A DNA stretch of 64,000 nt from Patescibacteria group bacterium (GTDB lineage: Bacteria > Patescibacteriota > Patescibacteriia > UBA9934), in contig JBAZUI010000001.1 in the NCBI GenBank assembly GCA_041661425.1, positions 8,507 to 72,506 of the forward strand. Reading direction: 5' to 3'. Shown here piece after piece: positions 15,728 through 26,137 of the stretch; the first letter of the stretch is position 1; the number at the start of each line of letters is the position of its first letter. The notes below the pieces were generated by a model that saw only the letters and a program-made list of their open reading frames with translations, made no database searches and was not told the origin of the DNA. Made by a program: the position numbers and the translations under genes.

Positions 15728-17527
15728 ATGGATCAAAATCGTATCCGAAATTTTTGCATCATTGCGCATATCGACCATGGGAAATCTACCTTGGCCGATC
15801 GTTTGATTGAAAAAACCGGCACGGTGCAAAAACGTGAGATGCAAAATCAAATACTTGATTCCATGGATCTGGAACGGGAACGTGGCATTACGATCAAGCT
15901 CACGCCTGTGCGCATGAAGTATACGAAGGATGGAAAAGAGTATGTGCTGAATCTCATTGATACGCCCGGGCATGTTGATTTTAATTACGAAGTGTCTCGT
16001 TCACTCGCGGCGGTTGAAGGAGCGGTGCTTCTTGTGGATGCCACACAGGGAGTACAGGCTCAAACCATTGGAAATCTTTATTTAGCGCTTGAGCAGGGTT
16101 TGGAAATCGTTCCGGTTCTCAATAAAATTGATTTGCCGGCCGCGGATATTTCCGCGCGCATGAAAGAATTGAAAAATTTGATCGGATGCCGCGAAGAGGA
16201 AATCCTCCAAGTGTCCGCAAAAACAGGAGAGCATGTGGAGGATGTGCTTGATGCCGTGATTGATCGCATTCCCTCGCCAAAGGGAAAAGAGGGCGCTCCG
16301 CTTCGCGCTTTGATTTTTGATTCGCACTACGATGATTATCGCGGGGTCGTGGCCTTTGTGAGAATTTTTGATGGGGCGCTTTCACGACTGGCGCATAGTC
16401 GCATGCTTGCGACAAAAGCCGAGACAGATATTCTTGAAGTAGGAGCTCTCAGGCCAAAATATGTGCCTGAGGATACGCTCACAACCGGTCAAATCGGTTA
16501 TGTGGTCACGGGGTTTAAAGATATTTCAGCTTGTCGCGTTGGCGATACGCTCACGCTTTCCGGCGCAACTATCGAACCGCTCGCCGGTTACCGGGAAGTT
16601 GTCCCAATGGTTTTTGCCGGAATTTTTCCCGAAGATGGTGGCACGTATTCGGCCCTTCGTGATGCCATGGAGAAATTGAAATTGAATGATGCTTCACTTT
16701 CGTATGAGCCGGAGCATTCACCTGCGCTTGGCTATGGATTCCGTTGTGGTCTCCTTGGACTTCTCCATCTTGAAATTCTCAAGGAACGACTGGAACGTGA
16801 ATTTGATTTGCAGTTAATTGTCACCACTCCTTCGGTGGCTTATCACATTCTCCGAAAAGGAAAAACAGAAATTGAAACCATCAAAAGTCCCATCGAACTT
16901 CCGGATCCTTCGCATCTTGAACGCATCGAGGAGCCGTGGGCACGTGTGGATATCATTTCGCCAACGGATTACATTGGCAATATCATGGCTTTTGTACAGG
17001 AACGTCGTGGGATTTATAAGACGACGGAATTTTTATCAGAAGGGCGAGCGATTTTGCGATACGAGATTCCGCTTTCCGCTCTCATTGTTGATTTTTACGA
17101 TCGTTTGAAGAGTTTGACAAGCGGATTTGGGTCCATGGATTACGAGGTTTTTGAATATCGATTGGCAGATATCGTGCGCCTAGAAATTCTCGTTGCCGAT
17201 GATCCGGTGGAGGCATTGGCGACATTTGCTTACCGTGATGAAGCGGAACGCGTTGGACGAAAAATCGTTGAAAGTCTCAAAACCTCCATTCCGAAACAGC
17301 AATTTGTAATTAAGCTTCAGGCGGCGATTGGGGGAAAAGTGGTGGCCGCTGATCGTCTTTCTGCCTTGCGAAAAGATGTGACGGCAAAACTTTACGGTGG
17401 AGATGTGACTCGAAAGAATAAGCTTCTCGAGAAGCAGAAGAAAGGGAAAAAGAAGATGCTCGAGATGGGGAAGGGAAAAGTCCGCATTCCAAGCGAGGCG
17501 TATCTCAAGGTTCTGAAACGTTCTTAA
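15728..17527 (+). CDS. lepA: elongation factor 4 (LepA)
   Basis: IRNFCIIAHIDHGKSTLADRL, DTPGHVDF, NKID; the LepA-specific C-terminal domain is present. Confidence 0.95.
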   Translation: MDQNRIRNFCIIAHIDHGKSTLADRLIEKTGTVQKREMQNQILDSMDLERERGITIKLTPVRMKYTKDGKEYVLNLIDTPGHVDFNYEVSRSLAAVEGAVLLVDATQGVQAQTIGNLYLALEQGLEIVPVLNKIDLPAADISARMKELKNLIGCREEEILQVSAKTGEHVEDVLDAVIDRIPSPKGKEGAPLRALIFDSHYDDYRGVVAFVRIFDGALSRLAHSRMLATKAETDILEVGALRPKYVPEDTLTTGQIGYVVTGFKDISACRVGDTLTLSGATIEPLAGYREVVPMVFAGIFPEDGGTYSALRDAMEKLKLNDASLSYEPEHSPALGYGFRCGLLGLLHLEILKERLEREFDLQLIVTTPSVAYHILRKGKTEIETIKSPIELPDPSHLERIEEPWARVDIISPTDYIGNIMAFVQERRGIYKTTEFLSEGRAILRYEIPLSALIVDFYDRLKSLTSGFGSMDYEVFEYRLADIVRLEILVADDPVEALATFAYRDEAERVGRKIVESLKTSIPKQQFVIKLQAAIGGKVVAADRLSALRKDVTAKLYGGDVTRKNKLLEKQKKGKKKMLEMGKGKVRIPSEAYLKVLKRS

Positions 17528-17538
17528 GGGAGTCTTAT

Positions 17539-17615
17539 GTGGCGTTAGCTTAGCTGGATAAAGCGTCGGCCTCCGAAGCCGGAGATCAGAGGTTCAAATC
17601 CCCTACGCCACACCA
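17539..17615 (+). tRNA. tRNA-Arg (anticodon CCG)
   Basis: Acceptor GTGGCGT/ACGCCAC, D-arm GCTT-AGCTGGATA-AAGC, anticodon loop CTCCGAA, T-loop TTCAAAT (one mismatch in the T-stem), CCA encoded. Confidence 0.75.
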
Positions 17616-17680
17616 TTTATCTTGCATCAGAATCAAAAAAAGAAGAAAATAGAGAAAGCAAGAAATTTTACCAGCCGATT

Positions 17681-18682
17681 ATGTTGCCAAAACCTTCAAA
17701 GAATAGACCGTCCCGAAAAGTTATTGGCCTTTCTCTGTTTTTGGCTGGCTGTGATGGAATTCCAAATTGGATTCATCCGCTCGATGCCGAACAGCAGGAT
17801 TTGGTGGATGATTTCGTGATTCGTGAAAAGTTTGAACGGCCGATTGTAAAAGATTTTTTTCGCGCCGCCGATTTTTTATTATTTGATGCAAAGGGATCTT
17901 CTTCGACTAATCAAGTCATCGATGATGTTGAGACAGCCGGAGAAGATTTGAAATTTTTCCATGAAGATCATCGGATCTTCGCCTATACCGAAGAAGATGC
18001 AAAGCGAGAAACCGGAGATTGGACCGCATTTGAACGCCATCAACCTTTTTCAAAAGATTTTATTGCACTTAATGAGCGTTATCAAAATTTATGGTCCTCG
18101 GCGGTTTTGATGCATGAATCCGCTCATGGATTAACGCGAAAAGCCTCTCATTCCAAAACGATGTTAACGTGGCTCGATAACCATCCCGAGCCGGAGATGG
18201 ATGATGCGTTAGCGGAAATTACCATGCAAGAAAAAGATTTTCCTTTTCTTGTGATGGGATTCTACGATGCCATTGATCGAAAAGTCAGTGAGTTCAAGTG
18301 GAGAATTGATCAAAAATTTATTTCCCTTCGTGATGAAGTGGAACAAGGGACTCTGACGCCAAAAGAAGCCATCCATTATATCGAGTCCACGATGCAAGAA
18401 CCCGATTATCAGTTGAATCCTGTTGATGTCCGAGGGCATGCGGAGGATTGGGCAAGCGATTTTTATCGTCCCGACGATTCATTCGTGAATTTTTTGGAAC
18501 CTTTTGGAGTGACTCGCGAGGAATATTTTTACGTGATTGTGAATCACCCCGATGTGTTTAACTATCTTGAAGATTACTATTCCTTGCGGACCCAGGAGTT
18601 TCGCGCTGAATTTACCGAAGAAACTCGACGTGAGATGGCTGAGGAACGACGTCGATCAATCAAGAGCCGGCTCGTGCGCTAG
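17681..18682 (+). CDS. hypothetical lipoprotein
   Basis: Signal peptide with lipobox LFLAGC; hydrophilic body, no recognisable family. Confidence 0.45.
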   Translation: MLPKPSKNRPSRKVIGLSLFLAGCDGIPNWIHPLDAEQQDLVDDFVIREKFERPIVKDFFRAADFLLFDAKGSSSTNQVIDDVETAGEDLKFFHEDHRIFAYTEEDAKRETGDWTAFERHQPFSKDFIALNERYQNLWSSAVLMHESAHGLTRKASHSKTMLTWLDNHPEPEMDDALAEITMQEKDFPFLVMGFYDAIDRKVSEFKWRIDQKFISLRDEVEQGTLTPKEAIHYIESTMQEPDYQLNPVDVRGHAEDWASDFYRPDDSFVNFLEPFGVTREEYFYVIVNHPDVFNYLEDYYSLRTQEFRAEFTEETRREMAEERRRSIKSRLVR

Positions 18683-18789
18683 ATGATTATTTAAACCTAT
18701 GAACAAACCGACGAATCAATCACGTAGCCTTTGGGCAGTTGTCGCACTCATTTGTATTTTTACCATGGTGGTGGCCATGTTCTCATAAC

Positions 18790-20484
18790 ATGAAATTCGC
18801 TTGGAAGATTCAATCCGAGGAGGAAAAACCGATTCGGGATCTCTTACTGGCGAATCGTGGAATTCTTCCGGAAGAAACGGAGCGATTTTTTCATTTGAAT
18901 TGGGATGAGCATTTGGAAAGCTGTTGGAATTTTCGCGAGATGGCGGGTGCGGTGGAACGACTTTTTTTCGCCCTGGAGCATGAGGAGAAAATAGTGATTC
19001 ACGGGGATTACGATGCGGACGGGGTTTCCGGTTCCGCGCTTCTTTTTGAGAGCATTCGGGATATCGCCATTGCCTTGCATCGTCCGCTCCATCTTGCGGT
19101 CTATCTTCCTGATCGCGAAGCAGATGGGTATGGAGTTGCCATGCACACGGTGGAGCGATTTGCCGCGGAGAAAATTAAATTACTCATCACCGTTGATTGT
19201 GGCATTGCCGTCCCAACCGAAATCGCTCGCGCGAAAGAGCTCGGCATCGACACCATTGTGTGCGATCATCATCAACTCGCTTTGGAATTACCGAAGGCGA
19301 TTCTTCTTCATCCACTGGTTCCCGGCGAGGGCGTTGCGAATCGATGGCTGTGCGGCACGGGTGTGGTTTTTAAATTCGCCTGCGCTTTATTCGATGAAGC
19401 CCGAAAGCGTGGACTTGCCATTATTCCCGGAAAAGAAAAATGGCTTTTGGATTTTGTGGCGATCGCAACGGTCACGGATATGGTTCCGCTTCTCGGTGAG
19501 AATCGTTTACTTGAGCATTTTGGACTTCGCGTATTAAAAAAAACAAGACGGCCAGGGCTGAGTAAGATTTTTGAACGGGCGCGTATCGAGAGAGAATCCA
19601 TTGATGCGCACACGATCGGTTTTCAAATTGGCCCACGTCTTAATGCGGCCGGTCGATTGGCTTCCGCTCAGATTGCATTTGAGACTCTCACGGCGAAAAC
19701 TCTAGAAGAAGCTGACCCATTGAGCGAACAACTCGAACAACTCAATCAAAAACGTCAACGTCTTACGGACGGAATGTTTGTGCAAGCCGAAACAATGATT
19801 CAGGAGGTGGAGGATGCACCAGTTCACGTGCTTTGGCATGCGGATTGGCACCCCGGCATTGTGGGACTTCTTGCCGGAAAACTTGTGGCAAAAACAGGAC
19901 GACCCGCATTTGCTTTTGCCCGCTCGGGTGGACATTTCGTTGGATCCGGTCGCAGTACGCTTGGCATCAATTTGGTTGAACTCATGCAATCCGCGCCTCA
20001 TTTTTTTGTAAAATTCGGTGGACATCCCGAGGCCTGTGGTCTCACGATTGCGCGTGAAGAAACGATTCGTGATTTTTCCGAGCACGCAAAATCATTTGTA
20101 AAAAAATTCATCCCGTCGGCGAAAGAAAAACCAGAACTGCGGATTGATGCGGTGATTCCTCTCTCGATGATCACAGAGGATCTCACGAAGATGATTGAAG
20201 CCATGGCGCCCTTTGGGCAGAAAAATCCAGAGCCAACTTTTCTCAGCCGTTCTGTGACGATTCTAGACGCTCGGACGGTCGGGAAGACGCAGGCTCACCT
20301 GCGAGTCACGGTTTCCCAAGGTTCCCGTTCGCGTTTTGAAGTGATTGGATTCGGATTCGGAAATGAGATTCGCCTCCTGTCGATTGGAAAAAAAGTTGAC
20401 CTCGTTTACGAAATTCATCATCATGAATGGCAAGGCCGAAGAACGATTCAGCTCAGACTTTTGGACTTTGAACCAAACGATTGA
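18790..20484 (+). CDS. recJ: single-stranded-DNA-specific exonuclease RecJ
   Basis: DHH family motifs (HGDYDADGVS, DCG, DHH) and a DHHA1-like C-terminal region. The start could instead be 18739. Confidence 0.85.
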   Translation: MKFAWKIQSEEEKPIRDLLLANRGILPEETERFFHLNWDEHLESCWNFREMAGAVERLFFALEHEEKIVIHGDYDADGVSGSALLFESIRDIAIALHRPLHLAVYLPDREADGYGVAMHTVERFAAEKIKLLITVDCGIAVPTEIARAKELGIDTIVCDHHQLALELPKAILLHPLVPGEGVANRWLCGTGVVFKFACALFDEARKRGLAIIPGKEKWLLDFVAIATVTDMVPLLGENRLLEHFGLRVLKKTRRPGLSKIFERARIERESIDAHTIGFQIGPRLNAAGRLASAQIAFETLTAKTLEEADPLSEQLEQLNQKRQRLTDGMFVQAETMIQEVEDAPVHVLWHADWHPGIVGLLAGKLVAKTGRPAFAFARSGGHFVGSGRSTLGINLVELMQSAPHFFVKFGGHPEACGLTIAREETIRDFSEHAKSFVKKFIPSAKEKPELRIDAVIPLSMITEDLTKMIEAMAPFGQKNPEPTFLSRSVTILDARTVGKTQAHLRVTVSQGSRSRFEVIGFGFGNEIRLLSIGKKVDLVYEIHHHEWQGRRTIQLRLLDFEPND

Positions 20485-20498
20485 TAAAATAGACCTAT

Positions 20499-20924
20499 AT
20501 GAAATACGGGAGACTATGCACGGATGGCGGGGCACGTGGAAATCCCGGGCCAGCGGCTTCGGCAGCGGTGCTTTTTGAAGTCGATGCAGAAGGTCAAATA
20601 AAAAATGAAACGGCAAAGACCACCCGCTATGTGGGGATTGCCACGAACAACCAAGCCGAATACGAAGCGGTGATTATTGGACTTCAAAAAGCGCGCGAGT
20701 GCGGGTTCGATATGATGGAGGTCCTTATGGATTCGGAATTGATCGTGGAACAGATGAATGGAAATTATCGTGTCCGCAATGAGGAATTGGCAAAGAAATT
20801 TCTCGAGGTTCATCGATTGATCCAATCCTTCCGTCGCGTGACTTTTCGACATGTCCGTCGTGAAGAGAATCGTCAGGCCGATGCCCTCGTGAATAAAACC
20901 ATCGATGAAGCGCTTGGCGGCTAA
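20499..20924 (+). CDS. rnhA: ribonuclease HI
   Basis: RNase H fold motifs: TDGGARGNPGPAA, EYEA, and the D...D catalytic residues. Confidence 0.8.
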   Translation: MKYGRLCTDGGARGNPGPAASAAVLFEVDAEGQIKNETAKTTRYVGIATNNQAEYEAVIIGLQKARECGFDMMEVLMDSELIVEQMNGNYRVRNEELAKKFLEVHRLIQSFRRVTFRHVRREENRQADALVNKTIDEALGG

Positions 20925-20947
20925 ATCGTGATATAATAGAGAGAACT

Positions 20948-22075
20948 ATGGGATTGTTCGGCAAAAAACAAGAAAACGCGCCGGGCCTTATTGGCGTCGA
21001 TATCGGCGCAGGAGGCATGAAAGCGATTGAATGCCAGATGTACGATGGACATCTCCGATTGGCGACATACGGCTATTCACAAATGAAACATCCCGAGAAT
21101 CAACAGGGTTCGCTTTTGGATGATCCAAAAAAGGGCGCTGAAGTTTTGACGCGGATTATCAAAGAATCCGGCATGAAGGCGCACCGCGCCAATGCCTCGC
21201 TTCCAAGCCAGCATGTCTTTCATGCCATGATCACGATTCCGCAACCAAAGGATGTGAAGCAAGACTTGAAGCCGCTCATTGAAACACAGGTGAAAAAGTT
21301 ATTGCCGATTCCGCTTGAAAAAATGATTCTTGATTCAACGGTCATCGATAAGCATCTTCTCCCAACCGCGGAGCAAGAACCCGCAGAGAAAAAACCTGAC
21401 ATGGGCATTGGGGGAAGAGAGCCTCAAAAACAGATTCGTGTTTTAGTTTCCGGGGCGCCAAAAGATTTGGTTCAAAAATATCTTGAAATTTTCAAGATCG
21501 CGAAAATTGAACTTGTGGCATTAGAAACAGAAGCGTTTGCACTCATACGTTCTCTTGTTGGAAAAGAAAAGGGGCGGGTGATGATCGTGGATATTGGATT
21601 CGAACGAACAAATATCACCATCATCAATGAAGGGATCCCGTATCTTCATCGCAGTGTGAAAGCCGGAGGAGGAATTATTACGCAAATGCTCGCCAAACAG
21701 GCGGGCGTGTCGATCCAGGATGCGGAACAGATGAAAACGGATTTAGCTTTTTCTCCGGGAGGAGAGATTCCAGGGGTGCTTCGCGATGCCATGATGCCGA
21801 TTTTGCACGAGATTCGTTATTCCATTGAATTATATAGCGCGCAGGATTTTCATGACCATCAAGGGGTTGAAAAAATCATTCTTACCGGCGGGTCGGCGCA
21901 TTTGCCGCATATTGATCCATTTTTAACGGAGGCGCTAAATTTGAATGTCTACATCGGTGATCCTTGGGCGCGCATGTCCGTGCCAGCCGGTATGCGCTCC
22001 ATTCTCGATGAGATCGGGCCGAGATTTTCGGTCGCGGTGGGGCTTGCCATGAAGCTTCAACCGGACAAGAAATAA
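20948..22075 (+). CDS. pilM: type IV pilus assembly protein PilM (actin-like ATPase)
   Basis: N-terminal GLIGVDIGAGGMKA, size and fold consistent with PilM; adjacent to the pilin and prepilin peptidase genes. Confidence 0.8.
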   Translation: MGLFGKKQENAPGLIGVDIGAGGMKAIECQMYDGHLRLATYGYSQMKHPENQQGSLLDDPKKGAEVLTRIIKESGMKAHRANASLPSQHVFHAMITIPQPKDVKQDLKPLIETQVKKLLPIPLEKMILDSTVIDKHLLPTAEQEPAEKKPDMGIGGREPQKQIRVLVSGAPKDLVQKYLEIFKIAKIELVALETEAFALIRSLVGKEKGRVMIVDIGFERTNITIINEGIPYLHRSVKAGGGIITQMLAKQAGVSIQDAEQMKTDLAFSPGGEIPGVLRDAMMPILHEIRYSIELYSAQDFHDHQGVEKIILTGGSAHLPHIDPFLTEALNLNVYIGDPWARMSVPAGMRSILDEIGPRFSVAVGLAMKLQPDKK

Positions 22076-22076
22076 T

Positions 22077-22451
22077 ATGGAAAACAAGGATGCGATTTTG
22101 ATTGTGAGTTGCGATCCGTATCTTGCGGGGATTTATGGACGAAAGTTTGAAGAAAATGGTTGGGCCGTGGCGGTTGAGGAAACCATTGAGGCCGGAGAGA
22201 AGCACGCCATGGTGATGCGTCCGGATATTATTCTTCTTCAAACAGATTGCGTCACAGATACAATTGAGGTGATTAAACGCTGGCGATCTTTTCCAACAAT
22301 CTATTCGACAAAAATTGTCATCCTTGCGGAGGCTGGCGATGAGGAGGAGATTCGTGCGGCCCGAGAAGCCGGGGCAGCGGAATATCTTTTGGTCGGACAT
22401 TTTGTGCCGCAGGAAGCAGTGGAAAAAATGAAACATCTTTTGGGTTCGTGA
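22077..22451 (+). CDS. receiver (REC)-like domain protein, possibly degenerate
   Basis: CheY-like length and alternating beta/alpha pattern (ILIVSCD...DIILLQTD...IVILAEAG). Several canonical acid-pocket, Thr and Lys positions are substituted. Confidence 0.5.
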   Translation: MENKDAILIVSCDPYLAGIYGRKFEENGWAVAVEETIEAGEKHAMVMRPDIILLQTDCVTDTIEVIKRWRSFPTIYSTKIVILAEAGDEEEIRAAREAGAAEYLLVGHFVPQEAVEKMKHLLGS

Positions 22452-22467
22452 TATTATTCAATGAGAT

Positions 22468-22947
22468 ATGAATAGACTTTATGTTTTGCTTGCCGTGCTC
22501 GCGATTGGACTTTTAGGATTTATCTCGGTGTATTCCGTCACTAGTGCGCGAGCTCGTATGCGCGATGCCGTCCGACTCTCCGATGTGCGACAGGTTCAGG
22601 TTGGCCTTGAATTGTATGCGAACGATCACAGTGCCTATCCGGAAGCGACGGAAACAACCGCTCTTGGCACATCCGCGACTTTTTGCCTAGGTGATTCTGG
22701 GTTTGGCGGAACGTGTATTGCGGGGTCAGAGACGGTGTATTTGGAAGCGATTGGGAATACGCCAAACGCCGGGCTTCGTGAAAAATCAACGTGCGGCACG
22801 GAATCAAATGCGTATTGTTATCGTTCCGATTCGGAAAACTATCAAATTCAATTCGAATTGGAGCGTTCGCAGACCCGCATGAATTTAGTGCGTGGATTGA
22901 ATTGCGCCACCCCAAGCGGTTTCGAGAGTGGTGGATGCGATTTCTAG
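22468..22947 (+). CDS. type IV pilin / pseudopilin-like protein with non-canonical N-terminus
   Basis: Hydrophobic N-terminal helix followed by an ARMRDAVRLSDVRQVQVGLELYANDHSAYPE block that resembles GspG/PilA. It lacks the canonical G-F-T-L-I-E cleavage motif. Confidence 0.55.
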   Translation: MNRLYVLLAVLAIGLLGFISVYSVTSARARMRDAVRLSDVRQVQVGLELYANDHSAYPEATETTALGTSATFCLGDSGFGGTCIAGSETVYLEAIGNTPNAGLREKSTCGTESNAYCYRSDSENYQIQFELERSQTRMNLVRGLNCATPSGFESGGCDF

Positions 22948-23743
22948 TATGATGGATGTTTTGTATCTGTTCCTTGCCGGTCTTGCCGGCCTTGGCGTTG
23001 GGAGTCTCGTGAATATTGTTATCTTTCGACGCAACGACGGTCGAGAGCTTTTTGGACGTTCGCGGTGTCGGGTGTGCCAGGAGCCACTCGCGCTCCTCGA
23101 TATGATTCCGCTCCTTGGTTTTTTTCGACTTCGAGGAAAATGTCGATCATGTTCGCTCCCGATTTCTTGGCAATACCCAATTCTTGAGCTCCTCACGGGA
23201 ATTCTATTCATGGTCCTTTTTAGCCGTGCGTATTTCGGATTTTGGATGCCGAGTTTCGTCGGCTCAGGTGAATGGTTTTTGCTTTTTTTGCGCGATGCCT
23301 CGCTCTTCCCGTTTCTCCTCATTATCGCGGTGTATGATTTTCGTTATTTCCGTATTCTCGACAGGTATTCTTTGATCGCCGTGGTCATCGCAATTCTATG
23401 GAATATCGCTCTTGGCATGCCGGCACTTTCGATGATGGCCGGCATGGCGGTGCTTGGCGGATTCTTCGGCATTCAATACGTCATTTCAAAAGGGGCTTGG
23501 ATGGGCGGTGGTGATATCCGTTTGGGACTTGTGCTTGGCGCCTATCTCGGACTCGAGGTCGGTCTTGTCGCGGTCTTTTTGTCCTATCTTGTTGGTGCAA
23601 TCGTTGGAGGGGTTCTTCTTTTTCTCAAAAAACGAACGCTTCATAGCGCCGTGCCTTTTGGGGCGTTTTTAACGACTTCCGCGATTTTTTGCGCCCTCTA
23701 CGGCGAAGTGATTTGGAATTGGTACCGCATGCTCACATTTTGA
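22928..23743 (+). CDS. pilD: prepilin peptidase (A24 family)
   Basis: CxxC...CxxC zinc-finger region, catalytic Asp motifs (AVYDFRY, GGGDIRLG), polytopic membrane protein. Confidence 0.85.
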   Translation: MVDAISSMMDVLYLFLAGLAGLGVGSLVNIVIFRRNDGRELFGRSRCRVCQEPLALLDMIPLLGFFRLRGKCRSCSLPISWQYPILELLTGILFMVLFSRAYFGFWMPSFVGSGEWFLLFLRDASLFPFLLIIAVYDFRYFRILDRYSLIAVVIAILWNIALGMPALSMMAGMAVLGGFFGIQYVISKGAWMGGGDIRLGLVLGAYLGLEVGLVAVFLSYLVGAIVGGVLLFLKKRTLHSAVPFGAFLTTSAIFCALYGEVIWNWYRMLTF

Positions 23744-23805
23744 AATTGTCTGTTTTGGGTGTTTTTTCTTTCCCGATTTTGCGTTATACTACTCCCGTGA
23801 AAAAG

Positions 23806-25845
23806 ATGAGTAAAATCGAGGCAAAAGAGCGCATTGAGGCGCTCAAAAAGGCGATTGATCACTATCGCTATCTTTATCATGTGAAGGATATTTCCGAAAT
23901 CTCCGATGAGGCGAATGATAGTTTAAAACACGAGCTTTACAAGCTTGAGCAGGAATATCCCGAATTTGTGACTTCTGATTCACCCACCCAGCGCATTGGA
24001 GGTGATCCATTACCGGAATTCTCAAAAGTGAAGCACCGCGCAAAGATGCTTTCCATTGAAGATGTTTTTTCTTGGGATGAATTTTTGTCATGGACCGAGC
24101 GTATAAAAAAAGTGGAAGGTCATTCCATCACTGATTTTTATTGCATGACCAAGGTGGATGGGCTTGCGGTTTCACTTATTTATCGAAATGGCGTTTTGGA
24201 AACCGCGGCCACGCGTGGCGATGGGGCGATTGGGGAAGAAGTGACGAAGAATATCAAGACGATCGAGACCATTCCTTTGCATCTTCGTGTGCCAGAGGTC
24301 GATGAGCTCAAGTCCCTCCATCTTTCTCGAGAGCTTGAAGAAAAATTGATCTCACAAAAAGGATTGATTGAAGTGCGTGGTGAAATCTATGTGACGAAAA
24401 AGGATTTTGAGACCATGAATGCAAAGCGCAAGGCGCAAGGCGATGAGATTTTCGCAAATCCTCGAAACATTGCGGCCGGCTCCATTCGTCAGCTCGATCC
24501 AAAAATCGCCGCGAGTCGTCCCTTACGTTTTCTTGGATGGTCGCTCGAAGACATTGGTCAAAAAACGCAGGAAAAGAGCATGGAGATTCTTCATGTTTTG
24601 GGATTTCAAACCGCTCCGGGGACGCTGGCGAAATCAGAGGAAGAGGTGAAGAAGTTTTTTACAAAATTACAAACAACACGCCGCGAGATTTTGTTTTGGA
24701 TTGATGGCACGGTTGTTCGTGTCAATGATTTTTCAGAGTTTATGAATCTTGGCGTGGTTGGGAAAACGCCACGCGGACTCATTGCCTGGAAATTTCCCCC
24801 AGAACAAGCAACCACAATTGTGAAAGAGGTTGAGTGGTTTGTTGGGCGCACGGGAAAACTCACGCCGGTTGCCAATGTTGAGCCTGTTTTTATTGCCGGC
24901 ACAACCGTCCAGCATGCAACCCTTCACAATCCCGATGAAATCGAACGGCTTGATGTGAAAATCGGCGATACCGTCATTCTTACCAAGGCCGGGGATGTCA
25001 TTCCAAAAATTATTGGCGTTGTGAAGGATTTGCGAACCGGCAAAGAAAAAGAAGTGGTGGTCCCAAAAAAGTGCCCGGTTTGTGAATCAGCGCTTGAGAA
25101 AAAAGAAGGAGTGGTGGATATCTATTGCACAAATCGAAATTGTTTTTCCATGGAACGTGAGCGGATTCTTCATGCCGCGCGTGCCTTTGAGATCGATGGT
25201 CTTGGTGAGCGAACGATCGAAACGTTTATTGAGAAAGGATTGCTCACCCATGCGCCGGATCTTTTTCGATTGCGCGAGGATGATATTCGGCAACTCGAAG
25301 GCTACGGCAATCTTTCCGCAAAGAATCTCGTTGAAGAAATCAATTCAAAAAAGAATATTTCGCTCGCCTTATTTATTCAAGGTTTGAGTATCCCAAATGT
25401 GGGTGAGGAAACCGCACGGGATTTGGCACTGGCCTTTGGAACACTCGAAGCGCTGAGGACGGCCACGAAAGATGAATTTCTCGCTGTCCGTGACGTTGGG
25501 GAAGTGGTGGCAGATTCTCTTATCTCCTATTTTTCGCAGGAGGAAACACACGCGCTACTCACGGCATATCGAGAGGTTGGCGTTGTTGTGCTTCCCATGA
25601 AAAAACAGAGTGGGCCACTTGTGGGCGTAACGTTCGTGATTACTGGAACGCTTTCAAATCTCAGTCGCGAAGAGGCGAAGGATCGTATTCGTGCGCTTGG
25701 TGGATCAATTTCGGAATCGGTCGGGAAATCAACAAGCTTCTTAGTCGCTGGAGAAAATCCAGGCTCAAAATATGAAAAGGCGAAGGCGCTCGAGGTCCCG
25801 ATCTTGCAGGAGAATGATTTTTTGCGTAAGATAAAATCTCTATGA
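23806..25845 (+). CDS. ligA: NAD-dependent DNA ligase LigA
   Basis: KxDG adenylation motif (CMTKVDGLAVSL), OB fold, Zn finger CPVCESALEK...C, HhH and BRCT domains. Confidence 0.95.
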   Translation: MSKIEAKERIEALKKAIDHYRYLYHVKDISEISDEANDSLKHELYKLEQEYPEFVTSDSPTQRIGGDPLPEFSKVKHRAKMLSIEDVFSWDEFLSWTERIKKVEGHSITDFYCMTKVDGLAVSLIYRNGVLETAATRGDGAIGEEVTKNIKTIETIPLHLRVPEVDELKSLHLSRELEEKLISQKGLIEVRGEIYVTKKDFETMNAKRKAQGDEIFANPRNIAAGSIRQLDPKIAASRPLRFLGWSLEDIGQKTQEKSMEILHVLGFQTAPGTLAKSEEEVKKFFTKLQTTRREILFWIDGTVVRVNDFSEFMNLGVVGKTPRGLIAWKFPPEQATTIVKEVEWFVGRTGKLTPVANVEPVFIAGTTVQHATLHNPDEIERLDVKIGDTVILTKAGDVIPKIIGVVKDLRTGKEKEVVVPKKCPVCESALEKKEGVVDIYCTNRNCFSMERERILHAARAFEIDGLGERTIETFIEKGLLTHAPDLFRLREDDIRQLEGYGNLSAKNLVEEINSKKNISLALFIQGLSIPNVGEETARDLALAFGTLEALRTATKDEFLAVRDVGEVVADSLISYFSQEETHALLTAYREVGVVVLPMKKQSGPLVGVTFVITGTLSNLSREEAKDRIRALGGSISESVGKSTSFLVAGENPGSKYEKAKALEVPILQENDFLRKIKSL

Positions 25846-26135
25846 CAGAAATTGATTTTGACGTGTCAAAAGTTGCGAAACTCGCTCTTCTCGATTTGAC
25901 CGATGATGAAGCTGCGGCACTCCAGCGTGATCTACCTTCGATCGTCTCGTATGTGAGCAAATTGCATGAAGTGGATACAAGCGAGATTGATGCGAAGGCG
26001 TATCTCACGGATCTTTCCGATGTGTTTCGTGCGGATGTGCGACGTCATGATGAGACAGATGATGGCCGTGATTGTGTGGCGGCTTTTCCAAAACAAAAAG
26101 GAAACGCGCTTGAAGTTCCAGGAATTTTTGAATAA
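25842..26135 (+). CDS. gatC: Asp-tRNA(Asn)/Glu-tRNA(Gln) amidotransferase subunit C
   Basis: Small protein with GatC-like sequence, immediately upstream of gatA. Confidence 0.85.
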   Translation: MTEIDFDVSKVAKLALLDLTDDEAAALQRDLPSIVSYVSKLHEVDTSEIDAKAYLTDLSDVFRADVRRHDETDDGRDCVAAFPKQKGNALEVPGIFE

Positions 26136-26137
26136 CT

